DNA of 64,000 nt from an uncultured Planctomycetia bacterium (GCA_964590995.1 CAZPYY010000001.1:762-64761), one strand, 5' to 3'; shown: positions 1 to 10,483, counted from the stretch's first letter. The notes: a model not told the origin generated them from the letters alone. Program-made: numbers and translations.

Positions 1-136
1 CCCCTTACTTGTAGCTCTCCTATAGCCTTATAACCGCTATCTAAACCCTTACACTCTTTCCAGAGCTCTTTTAAAGGGAGTTTAGTCTGATCAATATAGA
101 ATAACCGCTTGTTTTTAAACTTTATGGCCCGCATAT

Positions 137-892
137 TTATCCTTTCAAAATCTCAGGAAATAACTCCTTTATATTAAGTGAGACTGCTTCCTCTAACTCT
201 TCCTTACTAATCCCCTTAATCTCAGCTGCTATTTTATAAGTCTTATCAATATCTAAAGGCGTAGAGGGCTTACCTCCCGCCCGCATATAAGGAGAATCGG
301 TCTCAAGAATTAGCTTATCCAAAGGACAATTCTCTAAAGATTGGGTAATTTCCTCCCTTTTCCTTAAGATATTAAGAGAAAATGATACAAATCCTCTCCT
401 TTCAATGATCTTAGCTAAAAAATCCTGACCTGACGAGAAGCAATGAAACACTACCCGTTCATAGCTTGAGTAAAACTTATCTAAAATATCTAGAATCTTA
501 GTATCCTGCCAGCGATTATGTATCATAACCGGCAAACCCTTACTTTTAGCTAGCTCAATAAAGGCAGCTAAAATATCTTCTTGAGCTTGGGCAGAAAAGT
601 CAGCCTTATAATCTAAGCCAATCTCACCAATAGCTACTACCTTCTTATTGTGGTCAATGAGTTTCTCATAGTCTCTGACTACTGTCGGTGAGAAGCTCTT
701 CCCTGCGAAGGGATGAAATCCCAAGGCACTATATACAAAGTCATATTGGCTTGAAATCTCTAAAGAGACTTTGGAGCTATTTAAATCAACACTAGAGTCG
801 ATAAAACAGTAATTACTATTAGAAGATGAAATCACATCCTCTCTGGTAATTTTCGAGAGTGAATTAAGGTGGCAGTGTGAATCAATCAACAT
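137..892 (-). CDS. tatD: TatD-family metal-dependent hydrolase (DNase)
   Basis: 251-aa ORF; N-terminal DSHCHL and internal GEIGLDY motifs typical of TatD/YabD; 11-bp overlap with the upstream metG stop. Confidence 0.85.
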   Translation of the reverse strand: MLIDSHCHLNSLSKITREDVISSSNSNYCFIDSSVDLNSSKVSLEISSQYDFVYSALGFHPFAGKSFSPTVVRDYEKLIDHNKKVVAIGEIGLDYKADFSAQAQEDILAAFIELAKSKGLPVMIHNRWQDTKILDILDKFYSSYERVVFHCFSSGQDFLAKIIERRGFVSFSLNILRKREEITQSLENCPLDKLILETDSPYMRAGGKPSTPLDIDKTYKIAAEIKGISKEELEEAVSLNIKELFPEILKG

Positions 893-2432
893 CTATACGT
901 GGGAAAAGAGGTGATTGTTTTTTTATTGAAAAACTTAATTTTTTACTCCAGGAACTTTCTTTAAGGTAAAAAGACTCAAGTTTTACTCCTAGCTGTCGAT
1001 ATATTGACTCTGAGACCTTAGGCATAATCGGGTAAATATATAAAGCAACTATTCTGATTCCTTCACAGAGCCTGGCTAAGAAGTCTTTTATCTTATCTAT
1101 CTTCTTCTCTTTCCATAAAACCCAAGGCTTAGTATCTTCAATGTACTTATTCATCACCCGGATAAAGGCAAATATCTCTTCCAAGGCCAGAGAAAACCGG
1201 CTATTATCCATATGAGTAGTATAGTTCTTGGCTAAACTATCTAAGCTTTTGGTAAACTCTTTAGGGGCTTTAGAAGCTGAAGAGACTTTTGCTTCTAAAT
1301 ACTTCTCAGTCATATTCAGAGTCCTGAAGACTAAATTACCTAAATCATTAGCTAAGTCAGAGTTGGTTCTATTTACCAGAGCGCTCCAGGAAAAACTTCC
1401 ATCTAAACCAACCGGAACCTCCCTAAGGAGAAAATAACGAAAACCATCTACGGCTGCATCCTGATTACCACCTAAAGATGAGCTTAAGTTTGAGAGAAGC
1501 TCTAGAGGATTAACAATATTGCCCCGAGACTTAGACATCTTCTCTTCGTCCCTTCTCCACCAGCCATGGGCAAATACTATTTTTGGCGGTTCAATATCTA
1601 AAGCCTTTAACATTATCGGCCAGAATATAACATGGTGCCTTAAGATATCCTTACCAATAAAATGAATATCTGCTGGCCATAGTTTTTTAAACTTATTCTT
1701 CTTTAAGAAACAGCCAGCTGCGCTAATATAGTTAATCAGAGCATCAAACCAGACATAGACTACATAATTATCATCAAGAGGAAAATCTATTCCCCAGGAT
1801 ACCCTCTTCTTCGGCCTTGAAATACAAAGATCAGTCAAAGGATTATTATTTAAGAAGCCTAATACTTCGTTATAGCGTATCTTAGGCATAACAAAAGAAG
1901 GATTAGCTTTTAAATGATCTTTTAACCACTGCTCATACTTAGATAGCTTAAAGAAGTAATTCTCCTCTTCGATTTTCTCTACCTCCCGCTTACACTCTGG
2001 ACAGCCGCTGACTTCTTTAACCTGGCTCTCAGTCCAGAATGATTCACAAGGAACACAGTAGAAGGCCTTATACTTATCCTTATAAATATCTCCCTTCTTC
2101 TCTAAGGTAATTATAACTTTTTTTACAACCTCAATGTGATAATCATCAGTAGTACGGATAAAAGAATCATAAGAGATATTTAGCTTAGTCCATAGGTTTT
2201 TAAAACTTTCAGCCCCCTTATCAACAAAAGCCCTAACCTCACTCCTATCAGCTACAGCTGCCTGTTTTATCTTCGCACCATGTTCATCAGTGCCGGTAAG
2301 GAAGAAGACCACATCAGCCTTTGCCCGCTTATAACGAGCCATAGCATCAGCTATGATATTAGTATAGGCGTGGCCAATATGGGGGTCAGCATTTACATAA
2401 TAGAGGGGGGTAGTGAGATAAAACTTACACAT
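882..2432 (-). CDS. metG: methionyl-tRNA synthetase (short form, no C-terminal tRNA-binding extension)
   Basis: 516 aa; class I aaRS motifs PHIGHAYT (HIGH) and KMSKSRGN (KMSKS); zinc-knuckle CPxC pairs; metG-tatD adjacency as in Bacillus metS-yabD. Confidence 0.9.
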   Translation of the reverse strand: MCKFYLTTPLYYVNADPHIGHAYTNIIADAMARYKRAKADVVFFLTGTDEHGAKIKQAAVADRSEVRAFVDKGAESFKNLWTKLNISYDSFIRTTDDYHIEVVKKVIITLEKKGDIYKDKYKAFYCVPCESFWTESQVKEVSGCPECKREVEKIEEENYFFKLSKYEQWLKDHLKANPSFVMPKIRYNEVLGFLNNNPLTDLCISRPKKRVSWGIDFPLDDNYVVYVWFDALINYISAAGCFLKKNKFKKLWPADIHFIGKDILRHHVIFWPIMLKALDIEPPKIVFAHGWWRRDEEKMSKSRGNIVNPLELLSNLSSSLGGNQDAAVDGFRYFLLREVPVGLDGSFSWSALVNRTNSDLANDLGNLVFRTLNMTEKYLEAKVSSASKAPKEFTKSLDSLAKNYTTHMDNSRFSLALEEIFAFIRVMNKYIEDTKPWVLWKEKKIDKIKDFLARLCEGIRIVALYIYPIMPKVSESIYRQLGVKLESFYLKESSWSKKLSFSIKKQSPLFPRIDVD

Positions 2433-3219
2433 TATCTTTAAAGAAAACCTTCTCTACTCTACCGTCTTCTAACTCAACATAAGCAAGCCTTTTTAAGACA
2501 TTTACTGAGATAACCTTTCCCTTACCTTGGGCAGTCTCAAGAGTCTGCCCTTCTTTAGGCAGGCCTTTAGATAAATCCCGGTAGTTCTTATACTCATAAA
2601 AAAGACAGCACATTAACCGGCCGCAAATACCTGAGATCTTTCCCGAACTTAAAGGTAACTTCTGGGCCTTAGCCATCTTCATGCTTACTGGCTCAAAGTT
2701 CTTTAAAAATCTCATGCAGCATAATTTTTGTCCGCAGGGCCCGACTCCGCCAAAGAGACGAGCCTCATCCCGAACACCAATCTGGCGCATCTCGATACGA
2801 ATCTTAAATATCTTAGCTAATTCTTTAACTAACTCCCGAAAATCTACTCTTCCTTCAGAGGTAAAGTAAAAGACTATCTTCCTCTTATCAAATGAATACT
2901 CACTATCAACTAACTTCATAGCCAGCTTATACTCACGAACTTTACGGGCACATAGACGCATAGCATCTTTGGCTTCCTTCTCATTAGTCTTTATCTGCTT
3001 TAAGTCTTCGGGAGATAATTTACGGACTATATTCTTAATAGCTCTGTCTTTAGCATCAATCTTGGAGCAGAGGTTCACATCATTGACCTCAATAACCTCA
3101 CCATAGTCAACCCCACGGTCAGCCTCAACAAGAACATAGTCATGCACAACTATATCCTCAGTGACCTGATAGGTCATAAGTTGACCGGCTTCTCTTAATC
3201 TTACTAAAGCAACTCGCAT
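2425..3219 (-). CDS. yaaT: PSP1-domain protein (YaaT/RicT-like)
   Basis: 264 aa; paired Cys motifs CGQKLCC and CGRLMCC characteristic of the PSP1 C-terminal domain; lies between holB and metG as in Firmicutes. Confidence 0.7.
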   Translation of the reverse strand: MRVALVRLREAGQLMTYQVTEDIVVHDYVLVEADRGVDYGEVIEVNDVNLCSKIDAKDRAIKNIVRKLSPEDLKQIKTNEKEAKDAMRLCARKVREYKLAMKLVDSEYSFDKRKIVFYFTSEGRVDFRELVKELAKIFKIRIEMRQIGVRDEARLFGGVGPCGQKLCCMRFLKNFEPVSMKMAKAQKLPLSSGKISGICGRLMCCLFYEYKNYRDLSKGLPKEGQTLETAQGKGKVISVNVLKRLAYVELEDGRVEKVFFKDNV

Positions 3220-3222
3220 CTT

Positions 3223-3999
3223 CTATAGTTTTAAACGAATCAAATTAAGGGCTAGGTTCATATTTATACTCTTTGCTTCCCCGTAAATCTTTAAAATATC
3301 CTTCAAAATACTATCTATTTGGCTCACGCTGTACGAGCCTAAAATTATCTCACCTTCCCCGCTCTGAAGCAACTGATTATTTCTAAGGCCTGATTTAGAG
3401 ATTAAACCATCGCGTAAGACCATAATCAAAGCCCAAAGAAAGGAAGAAAACCTCTTGCGGTCGGTAAAACGCAGACCCTGGTGCCCCCTCAAAAAACTAA
3501 AAACACTAACTTCTAAGCTCTCATCAACCCCTTCTTCCCTGGAAGGTAAGAATATCCTGCGACAACGTGAGATTATTGTTGGCAGCAGGCCATCTAACTT
3601 AGAGGCTGAGATTGCTATAAAAGAATTCTTAGGCGGTTCCTCAAGAGTTTTAAGAAAAGCATTAGCTGCAGCCGGAGTTAGGGCTTGAGCATCCTTTATG
3701 ATCATGATCTTCCTTCTTAATCGGAAGCTCTTTAAGGAGAAGAAGCGCATCCCTTCTCTCACTTGTTCAATCTTTATTGAAAAACCATCAGGTTCAATGG
3801 TAAAAAGATCAGGATGATTGCCTTCTTCAATTCTCTTGCAATCCCAGCAGCTACCACAAAAATCTAATTCCTCGCTGCAGCTGATTAACTTAGCAACATC
3901 GACAATTACCTTATCATCCTCACCAACAAAAAGGTAAGATGTGCCGAGAAGCTCTCTTCTCTTTAAAATTTGAAAGTAATTTAAAATATCTTCTCTCAA
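3223..3999 (-). CDS. holB: DNA polymerase III delta-prime subunit
   Basis: 258 aa; zinc module CGSCWDC; HPDLF, AANAFLKTLEEPP and LPTIISRC motifs; degenerate Walker A as expected for delta-prime; 4-bp overlap with tmk. Confidence 0.8.
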   Translation of the reverse strand: MREDILNYFQILKRRELLGTSYLFVGEDDKVIVDVAKLISCSEELDFCGSCWDCKRIEEGNHPDLFTIEPDGFSIKIEQVREGMRFFSLKSFRLRRKIMIIKDAQALTPAAANAFLKTLEEPPKNSFIAISASKLDGLLPTIISRCRRIFLPSREEGVDESLEVSVFSFLRGHQGLRFTDRKRFSSFLWALIMVLRDGLISKSGLRNNQLLQSGEGEIILGSYSVSQIDSILKDILKIYGEAKSINMNLALNLIRLKL

Positions 4000-4607
4000 A
4001 ACACTCTCTTTAATTGTCTCTCGATGCGTTCATAGATTTGAGGCAGGCTGTCACAGGCATCAACTATTTTTACCCGGCGGGGATACTTTTTTGCCAATTG
4101 TAAGTACCCCCTGCGCAAGCGGTTATGAAAGCTCAGCGCTCTCGACTCAATACGGTCTTTACTCTTTAGCCTAGCTAAGCCCAATTTTGGCGGTGTATTA
4201 AGGACTAAAGTCAGGTTAGGAACTACACCTAATGAAAACATCTCAACTGAACTTTCAACAATCTTACCTAACCCTAAGGCAAAACCTTGATAGACAAGAG
4301 TTGAATCAAAGAAACGGTCACAAATAATAAAGTCGTATTTTTTAAGGTCTTCTCTTAACTTTTCTTCAATAAGTTGAGTCCGGGCAGCAAGATAAAGGAG
4401 TAACTCAGTATGAGCAGATAACTTTTTATTCTTCTTGTCGAGAAGGATCTTTCTTATCTTCTCACCGACCCTGGTTGAACCCGGCTCGCGGTATACCTTA
4501 AAAGAAGCTTTTCTCTTTCGCAAGAGCTTCTCAATAAACCTAATAACACTACTCTTACCACTACCCTCTAACCCTTCAATAGTGATAAAAAAACCCTTTT
4601 TCTTCAC
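3996..4607 (-). CDS. tmk: thymidylate kinase
   Basis: 203 aa; P-loop IEGLEGSGKSS; DRF motif; typical size. Confidence 0.9.
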   Translation of the reverse strand: MKKKGFFITIEGLEGSGKSSVIRFIEKLLRKRKASFKVYREPGSTRVGEKIRKILLDKKNKKLSAHTELLLYLAARTQLIEEKLREDLKKYDFIICDRFFDSTLVYQGFALGLGKIVESSVEMFSLGVVPNLTLVLNTPPKLGLARLKSKDRIESRALSFHNRLRRGYLQLAKKYPRRVKIVDACDSLPQIYERIERQLKRVF

Positions 4608-5998
4608 AGCTTCACCCTGTAAGTAGTTCCAGTATTAGTATCCTCTAAGATTATGCCCCGTTCTTCTAGTTTCTTTCTTATGTCATCAGCTTCTTGATAT
4701 TTTTTCTGCTGCTTATAGTTAGAACGCATCTTTATTAACTTCTCGATATCTTTTGCTGGCATCTCAGTAACCTCTACAGGTTTAAAGCTAATACCAAAAA
4801 TATCTAAAATCTCTTCAACTAATCCGCCAATACCGGCTAATTTAGCTTTCAAATCAGCTTCGGTATCTAGAATCTTATTACTAGCACTAATTATATCGAA
4901 TAAGACTGCCAGGCCCTTAGGCATATTAAAATCATCATCCATAGCCTCAATAAACTTATCCCTAAATCGCTTTAATAGCCTTTCAGTCTCCTTAGTTGCT
5001 TTAGCCTTCTTCATTGAGCCTATTCGATTCATAAATATCTGAATTCTCTCATAAGCCTTTTTTGCCTCTTTCATTTTCTGATCGGAGAAATCTACTGAGC
5101 TAGAGTAGTGAGCTTGAAGATAAAATATCTTTAAGATATCCGCTGAGTATTTACTTACTGCATCTTGAATTGTAACAAAGTTCCCTAAAGACTTAGCCAT
5201 CTTCTGGCTATTAATAGTTAAAAGGCCATGGTGTATCCAGTAATTAGCAAAAACTCTTTCAGTTAAGGCCTCAGCCTGGGCGCACTCATTCTCATGGTGA
5301 GGAAAGATTAAATCCCTTCCTCCGCCATGGATATCTAAGGTATCAGTCTTTAAATACTTCCGGCTCATGACTGAGCACTCGATATGCCAACCGGGCCTGC
5401 CCTTTCCCCAAGGACTCTCCCAAGAAGGTTCTCCTTCCTTAGCCGTCTTCCAGAGAGCAAAGTCTAAAGGATCTTCTTTAGCCTCACCCTTTGATATTCT
5501 TACACCCTCTTTCATCTTATCAATACTCTGCCCGGAGAGCTTACCGTAATCTTTAAGCTTTCTTACGCTAAAGTAAACTCCGCTCTCAGTAACATAAGCA
5601 TACTCTCTATCAATTAACTTCTCGATATACTTAATCATATCTCCTACATTCTCAGTAGCCCGGGGTTCTTTATCGGCTTTACTAATACCTAGAGCTTTTA
5701 AATCCTGATAGTAGCTATCGATATACTTATTAACTAACTCCTTCCAATCAACTCCTAACTCCTTAGCCCGATTTATAATCTTATCATCAATATCAGTGAT
5801 ATTTCTTATAAACTGGACCTTATAACCCCGATACTTTAAGTATCTTCTGATGACCTCAAAGACATAGAGGCTTCTGGCGTGGCCAATATGACAATCATCA
5901 TAGACAGTAATTCCACAAACATACATCTTTACCAGAGATTTTTCCTGAGGGGTAAAGAGGTCTTTGGTCTTGGTTAAGGAGTTATGAATCTTTAACAT
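4604..5998 (-). CDS. cysS: cysteinyl-tRNA synthetase
   Basis: 464 aa; HIGH-type CHIGHARS and KMSKS-type KMAKSLGN; zinc-binding Cys near the N-terminus; 4-bp overlap with tmk. Confidence 0.9.
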   Translation of the reverse strand: MLKIHNSLTKTKDLFTPQEKSLVKMYVCGITVYDDCHIGHARSLYVFEVIRRYLKYRGYKVQFIRNITDIDDKIINRAKELGVDWKELVNKYIDSYYQDLKALGISKADKEPRATENVGDMIKYIEKLIDREYAYVTESGVYFSVRKLKDYGKLSGQSIDKMKEGVRISKGEAKEDPLDFALWKTAKEGEPSWESPWGKGRPGWHIECSVMSRKYLKTDTLDIHGGGRDLIFPHHENECAQAEALTERVFANYWIHHGLLTINSQKMAKSLGNFVTIQDAVSKYSADILKIFYLQAHYSSSVDFSDQKMKEAKKAYERIQIFMNRIGSMKKAKATKETERLLKRFRDKFIEAMDDDFNMPKGLAVLFDIISASNKILDTEADLKAKLAGIGGLVEEILDIFGISFKPVEVTEMPAKDIEKLIKMRSNYKQQKKYQEADDIRKKLEERGIILEDTNTGTTYRVKL

Positions 5999-5999
5999 C

Positions 6000-6488
6000 C
6001 TATTTCTTCTTACGCTTCCTTAAGGAAACAAAAGCAAAACAACTAATACTATTCTTGTTACCGAGGATATTTAAACCCTCTTTAGACTTAAGTTTTACAT
6101 TTATCTTAGTAGTTGAGAGGAGTTTCTTCAAAGACTTAGCAATCTTCTCCTTAAAGGAGAAGAGCCGCGGCTTATCAGTAACAATAACAATATCTAAATT
6201 ACCAATAGTAAAGCTCTTCTTTACCTTCTTTATGGTAAAGTTTAAGATTTCCTTGCTGTCGATTCCTTTTGACCTCTTAACTTGCGGTGGAAAGTAATCG
6301 CCAATATCTCCTAAGCCAGCTGCCCCGCATAGAGCATCACTTACAGCATGCAGTACTACATCACCGTCAGAGACAGCGATTAAGCTGAAAGAAGAAGGAA
6401 TCTTAGCCCCACCTAGGATTAAATCCTTCTTCCTCTTGCTAAGCCGATGAACATCAAAACCTAAACCTACCTTATAGTCTTTCATCAC
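6000..6488 (-). CDS. ispF: 2-C-methyl-D-erythritol 2,4-cyclodiphosphate synthase
   Basis: 162 aa; GFDVHRL and HAVSDALCGAAGLGDIG motifs; overlaps ispD by 17 bp (separate genes, not fused). Confidence 0.85.
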   Translation of the reverse strand: MMKDYKVGLGFDVHRLSKRKKDLILGGAKIPSSFSLIAVSDGDVVLHAVSDALCGAAGLGDIGDYFPPQVKRSKGIDSKEILNFTIKKVKKSFTIGNLDIVIVTDKPRLFSFKEKIAKSLKKLLSTTKINVKLKSKEGLNILGNKNSISCFAFVSLRKRKKK

Positions 6489-7155
6489 TAATTATTTTAG
6501 CTAGCGCAAAATCTCTTGAATAAGTTATCTTAAAATTAAAGATATCCCCATAAATTACCTTTACTCTCTTACCCATAGCCTCTAGCATTTGGGCATCGTC
6601 CGTAGGCCCTGCCTTTGGCGGGGTAAACCTTCTCTTCTTGAACTTCTTGTAAGCTTGAAGAATTACCTTCCTTCTAAAACCTTGCGGGGTTTGGATAAGA
6701 TAAACATCTTCTCTGTTTAAAGTCTTCTTTACAAGGCCCTTCTTTACTAATTTAAGAGTATCCGGACACCTTAAGCCGCAAATTACTGCCGGATATTTTT
6801 TTAATTCCTTTAATATATCAAGGATTGTCTTCTTAGTTATAAAAGGCCTGGCAGCATCATGAATAAGAACATACTCTATATCCTTACTCAAAGCTGATAG
6901 ACCTTTAAATACTGAATCAGCTCTTTTGACTCCGCCTTCTACTAAGGTAATGAATTTAGCCTTAATATGCTCCTTAGATAAAGCAAAGTTAGATTTTCGT
7001 AAAACCAGCACAATTTCTTTTATTCCTTTTATACTCTTAAAAGTATTAAGAGATTTGCAGAAAAGAGGCTTCCCACCTAGCTTAAGAATAGCTTTATCTC
7101 CCTTAGCCAGCCTCTTACCCTTACCAGCTGAAACTATAACTACACCTGCTTTCAT
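6472..7155 (-). CDS. ispD: 2-C-methyl-D-erythritol 4-phosphate cytidylyltransferase
   Basis: 227 aa; N-terminal VIVSAGKGKRL nucleotide-binding motif; ispD-ispF arrangement. Confidence 0.85.
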   Translation of the reverse strand: MKAGVVIVSAGKGKRLAKGDKAILKLGGKPLFCKSLNTFKSIKGIKEIVLVLRKSNFALSKEHIKAKFITLVEGGVKRADSVFKGLSALSKDIEYVLIHDAARPFITKKTILDILKELKKYPAVICGLRCPDTLKLVKKGLVKKTLNREDVYLIQTPQGFRRKVILQAYKKFKKRRFTPPKAGPTDDAQMLEAMGKRVKVIYGDIFNFKITYSRDFALAKIISDERL

Positions 7156-7226
7156 TTAATCACCAATATGTGTAAAGTGTAATGAAATTCTTTAGATTAC
7201 ACATTAAAGATTAAACGTTACACATT
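7156..7226 (-). promoter_or_regulatory. AT-rich intergenic region with repeated TGTGTAA / TTACACA half-sites forming inverted repeats (candidate operator/promoter for ispDF-cysS)
   Basis: 'tgtgtaaagtgtaatg ... gattacacattaaag ... gttacacatt' - at least three copies of the 7-mer in both orientations within 70 bp. Confidence 0.3.
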
Positions 7227-8213
7227 CTATCCAGCTAGCTTTGTAAATACAATTCTGCCACTGGAACTCTGTAGCACTGAGGTAACTTCAACGTTAACGG
7301 TCTTACCTACCAAGCGCCGGGAATTCTCTACTACTACCATAGTACCGTCTTCTAAGTAACCTACGGCTTGGTTATGCTCTTTACCCTCTTTAATCAGCTT
7401 CAAAGAGAATCTCTGTCCGGCAATAAAGGTCGGCTTTAGAGCATTAGCAAGGTCATTAATATTTAAAACCTTTACCCCTTGAAGCTGGGCAATACGATTT
7501 AAATTATAATCCGTGGTCAAAACCTCAGCATCTGTAGTTTGAGCTAATTTTATAATCTTCTCATCAACACTCTTTACGCTATCAACATTCTGATCAGATA
7601 CTTCTACCTCGATTTTAGGCTCCTTCTTTAAAGAGTGAAGAATTTCAATTCCTCTCTTTCCCTTTTGACGCTTCATATGGTCAGTTGAGTCTGCTAAGGC
7701 GTGAAGCTCATTAAGAACAAACCTAGGAATAACAAATCTTGCCTCAATAAAGCCAGTTCTAACAATATCTAGAATTCTTCCATCAATAATACTGCTAGTA
7801 TCAACAACAATAGCTTCTTCTCTCTGGCTTTGGCGTTTAAATTTAACATAGGGAATTACCAAGCTAAATTCATCTTTACCTTTAACACCTAAAGTCATCC
7901 CAAGATATACAAATATAAAGGTAACAATTAGCTTAATATTCTGAATTATCTCAGCCGAAAAATCCTCAGGAAAGTGGAATTGATCCAAGGTCGCACTAAA
8001 TACCCAAGCAATTATAAGACCAAGGATTATCCCAAATACTGCACTGGAAAGTCCTTTTAAAGATGCCCGGCGGGTAAAAGTCTCAAAAGTAACGATAATT
8101 ACACCACCGATAAACCCTAAACCAGCATAGATAAGGGAATTTACTCCGCCTAAAGAATAACCTATCCCGGTAAAGATAAGGACAAAAAATATTCTTAAAA
8201 AAAATAAACCCAT
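7227..8213 (-). CDS. yacL: membrane-anchored PIN + TRAM domain protein (YacL-like)
   Basis: 328 aa; three N-terminal hydrophobic helices; PIN-like VVDTSSIIDGR..D region; C-terminal TRAM-like beta segment (GKTVNVEVTSVLQSSSGRIVF); sits between radA and ispD as yacL does in Bacillus. Confidence 0.65.
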   Translation of the reverse strand: MGLFFLRIFFVLIFTGIGYSLGGVNSLIYAGLGFIGGVIIVTFETFTRRASLKGLSSAVFGIILGLIIAWVFSATLDQFHFPEDFSAEIIQNIKLIVTFIFVYLGMTLGVKGKDEFSLVIPYVKFKRQSQREEAIVVDTSSIIDGRILDIVRTGFIEARFVIPRFVLNELHALADSTDHMKRQKGKRGIEILHSLKKEPKIEVEVSDQNVDSVKSVDEKIIKLAQTTDAEVLTTDYNLNRIAQLQGVKVLNINDLANALKPTFIAGQRFSLKLIKEGKEHNQAVGYLEDGTMVVVENSRRLVGKTVNVEVTSVLQSSSGRIVFTKLAG

Positions 8214-8318
8214 TGTAGAAACCTCCTTTAAAAAAATAATTAATAAATGATAATTGAAAAATAAGAATTCTTTTAACCTTAGTTATCAGTTATAACTTAT
8301 CGGTTACCTGCATCTTAT

Positions 8319-9656
8319 TTACTTAAACACATCCTTGACCACATCACCTAAAGCCGAAAACCCGCGGATCTTGAGGTTAAACTTCTTATCCACCTCCTTT
8401 AGATTTACCTCAGGGATTATGCAGTGTTTAAAATTAGCTCTCTCTACCTCCTTTAACCTTAAATTTATATTATTAACTCTTCTTAACTCTCCAGCTAAGC
8501 CGACTTCTCCGATAAAAACACTACTTGTAGGTATGTTTTTCTCCTTAAAACTGGAAATAATAGCCATAATCGCCCCTAAATCTGCTGCCGGATCACTTAT
8601 CTTTAAGCCACCAGCAACATTTAAGAAGACATCTTCGCTGGACAGAGAGAGTCTTACCCTCTTCTCAATTATAGCTACTAAAAGAGAGAAACGATTAAAA
8701 TCAAAACCCAGGCTTCTTCTGCGGGCTACTCCAAAGTTAGCTTTACTTACCAGAGATTGAAGCTCAATAAGCAAGGGCCGCAGCCCCTCAATAACACAGA
8801 TTACACAACTGCCCGAGAAAGACTGTTCGCGATGGGGAAGAAAGATATCATTTATCTTCTTAACTTCTTCCAGGCCGGTAGACTTCATCTCAAATACAGC
8901 GATATCACCGGTAGAACCAAACCTATTCTTTATTGACCGCAAAATTCGGTAGTTAGAGAGAAGCTCTCCTTCAAAATATAGGACACAATCTACAATATGC
9001 TCTAATAATTTTGGCCCGGCAATTGACCCCTCTTTAGTAACATGGCCGACCACAAAGATAACCACCCCTAAGGATTTGGCAATCTGGGTAAGGTAATCAG
9101 CACAACCCCTAACCTGGGAAATGCTGCCCTTGCTTCCTTCGCAAGCCAGAGTGTGGACTACCTGAATAGAATCTATTACTACGAATTTAAACTTCTCTTT
9201 TTTGATATACTCAAAGATATCTTCGACTCTATCTTCACTAACTATATAAATATTCTCTAATTGGCTCTTGCCTAGCCTTTTGGCCCGAAGCCCTATCTGC
9301 TGCGGAGACTCTTCGGCACTAGCATAAAGGGTTTTACCTTTTGAAGAGAGAGAAGAGCTAACCTCTAAAAGTAAGGTAGACTTACCTACTCCCGGAGCTC
9401 CACCAACAAGAATTATCTCTCCTTCAACTAAGCCGCCACCTAAGATTCGGTCAAACTCATCTAAACCGGTAGGTACTCTCCTGAAATCTTCTCCCCCGAT
9501 ATCCCCAAGAAGCTTAGGCGGGTTCTTCTCCTTTAATCGCTTCTTAGCGCCTTTTCGTTCTTCTACCTCTTTGGCAAAGGTCTCCCAACCTCCGCAGAGA
9601 GGGCACTTACCCAACCACTTAACTGACTTATAACCACATTCTGAACAACTAAACAT
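8319..9656 (-). CDS. radA: DNA repair protein RadA/Sms
   Basis: 445 aa; N-terminal C4 zinc finger CSECGYK..CPLCGGW; Walker A GGAPGVGKSTLLL; KNRFG motif; Lon-protease-like C-terminal domain. Confidence 0.9.
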   Translation of the reverse strand: MFSCSECGYKSVKWLGKCPLCGGWETFAKEVEERKGAKKRLKEKNPPKLLGDIGGEDFRRVPTGLDEFDRILGGGLVEGEIILVGGAPGVGKSTLLLEVSSSLSSKGKTLYASAEESPQQIGLRAKRLGKSQLENIYIVSEDRVEDIFEYIKKEKFKFVVIDSIQVVHTLACEGSKGSISQVRGCADYLTQIAKSLGVVIFVVGHVTKEGSIAGPKLLEHIVDCVLYFEGELLSNYRILRSIKNRFGSTGDIAVFEMKSTGLEEVKKINDIFLPHREQSFSGSCVICVIEGLRPLLIELQSLVSKANFGVARRRSLGFDFNRFSLLVAIIEKRVRLSLSSEDVFLNVAGGLKISDPAADLGAIMAIISSFKEKNIPTSSVFIGEVGLAGELRRVNNINLRLKEVERANFKHCIIPEVNLKEVDKKFNLKIRGFSALGDVVKDVFK

Positions 9657-9674
9657 TGTTTAAGCTAAATACTT

Positions 9675-9760
9675 TGACTAACTGGTAAATGGGCGAATGA
9701 GTTTATGGGTATATGAGATTTTATTTTCCCCTTTTGCTCATTCACTCTTATACCCATTTA
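9675..9760 (-). terminator. long imperfect hairpin downstream of mlaD (possible terminator/attenuator)
   Basis: inverted repeat gtaaatgggcgaatgag ... ctcattcactcttatacccatttac in the mlaD-radA intergenic region; no clear U-tract. Confidence 0.3.
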
Positions 9761-9772
9761 CTAATTGCGGGT

Positions 9773-10483
9773 TTAGGGTTTCCTTTTCTTTTTTGGCTTA
9801 TGCAATAGCTTCCAAGGATGTTCTTTTAAATCTGTAAGGAACTCCTCGGTCGTCTGATATAAAGAATCATCGTAAAGCAGGCGGCCGATTGTCCCCTGCT
9901 TACTCTTCATATCCTTGACTAACCCTTTTATATCTAAACTTATATCTTCTACGTTAGACAATATATTCTCTAGAGAAATTTTAATCTCACCTTCCTTCAC
10001 AAATTCGTCTATCTCCTTCATTGTTTTAGTAAAAGCAGTAAAGACCTGGAAGAGTGGCACTGGTGAAGTCCCCTCGATAATATCCCCTTCGTTTATATAA
10101 GCTGTTACTTCACCAGGAGGAGTAATCTCTAAATACTTTTCACCGAATAAACTTAAACTATTAACAAAATAATAGGAGCCCTTGGGGATTTTTATCCCCT
10201 TTTCTACCTTAGCATAGACATAAACCTTAGACTTAGCTTCCTCCCCTTTAATTACAACCTTTTTTACCTCTCCTACATCTACACCGCAGAAGCGGACCGG
10301 CGAAGATATACGCAGGCCTTCGGCAAAATCAAATTTAACAGTTATAACATAACTACCCTTAAAAACATTCACCTCCCGCATCGAAAGAAGGGTAATAAAA
10401 AATAGCCCGAAGGCAATCAAGAAAAAACTACCTAATTTTATATAAGCAAAACTTTTCTTCCTGTCCCATAGATTTATTGCCAT
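9773..10483 (-). CDS. mlaD: MlaD-like MCE-domain protein
   Basis: 236 aa; N-terminal TM anchor followed by an MCE domain (GLRISSPVRFCGVDVGEV); downstream of mlaE-mlaF. Confidence 0.75.
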   Translation of the reverse strand: MAINLWDRKKSFAYIKLGSFFLIAFGLFFITLLSMREVNVFKGSYVITVKFDFAEGLRISSPVRFCGVDVGEVKKVVIKGEEAKSKVYVYAKVEKGIKIPKGSYYFVNSLSLFGEKYLEITPPGEVTAYINEGDIIEGTSPVPLFQVFTAFTKTMKEIDEFVKEGEIKISLENILSNVEDISLDIKGLVKDMKSKQGTIGRLLYDDSLYQTTEEFLTDLKEHPWKLLHKPKKKRKP

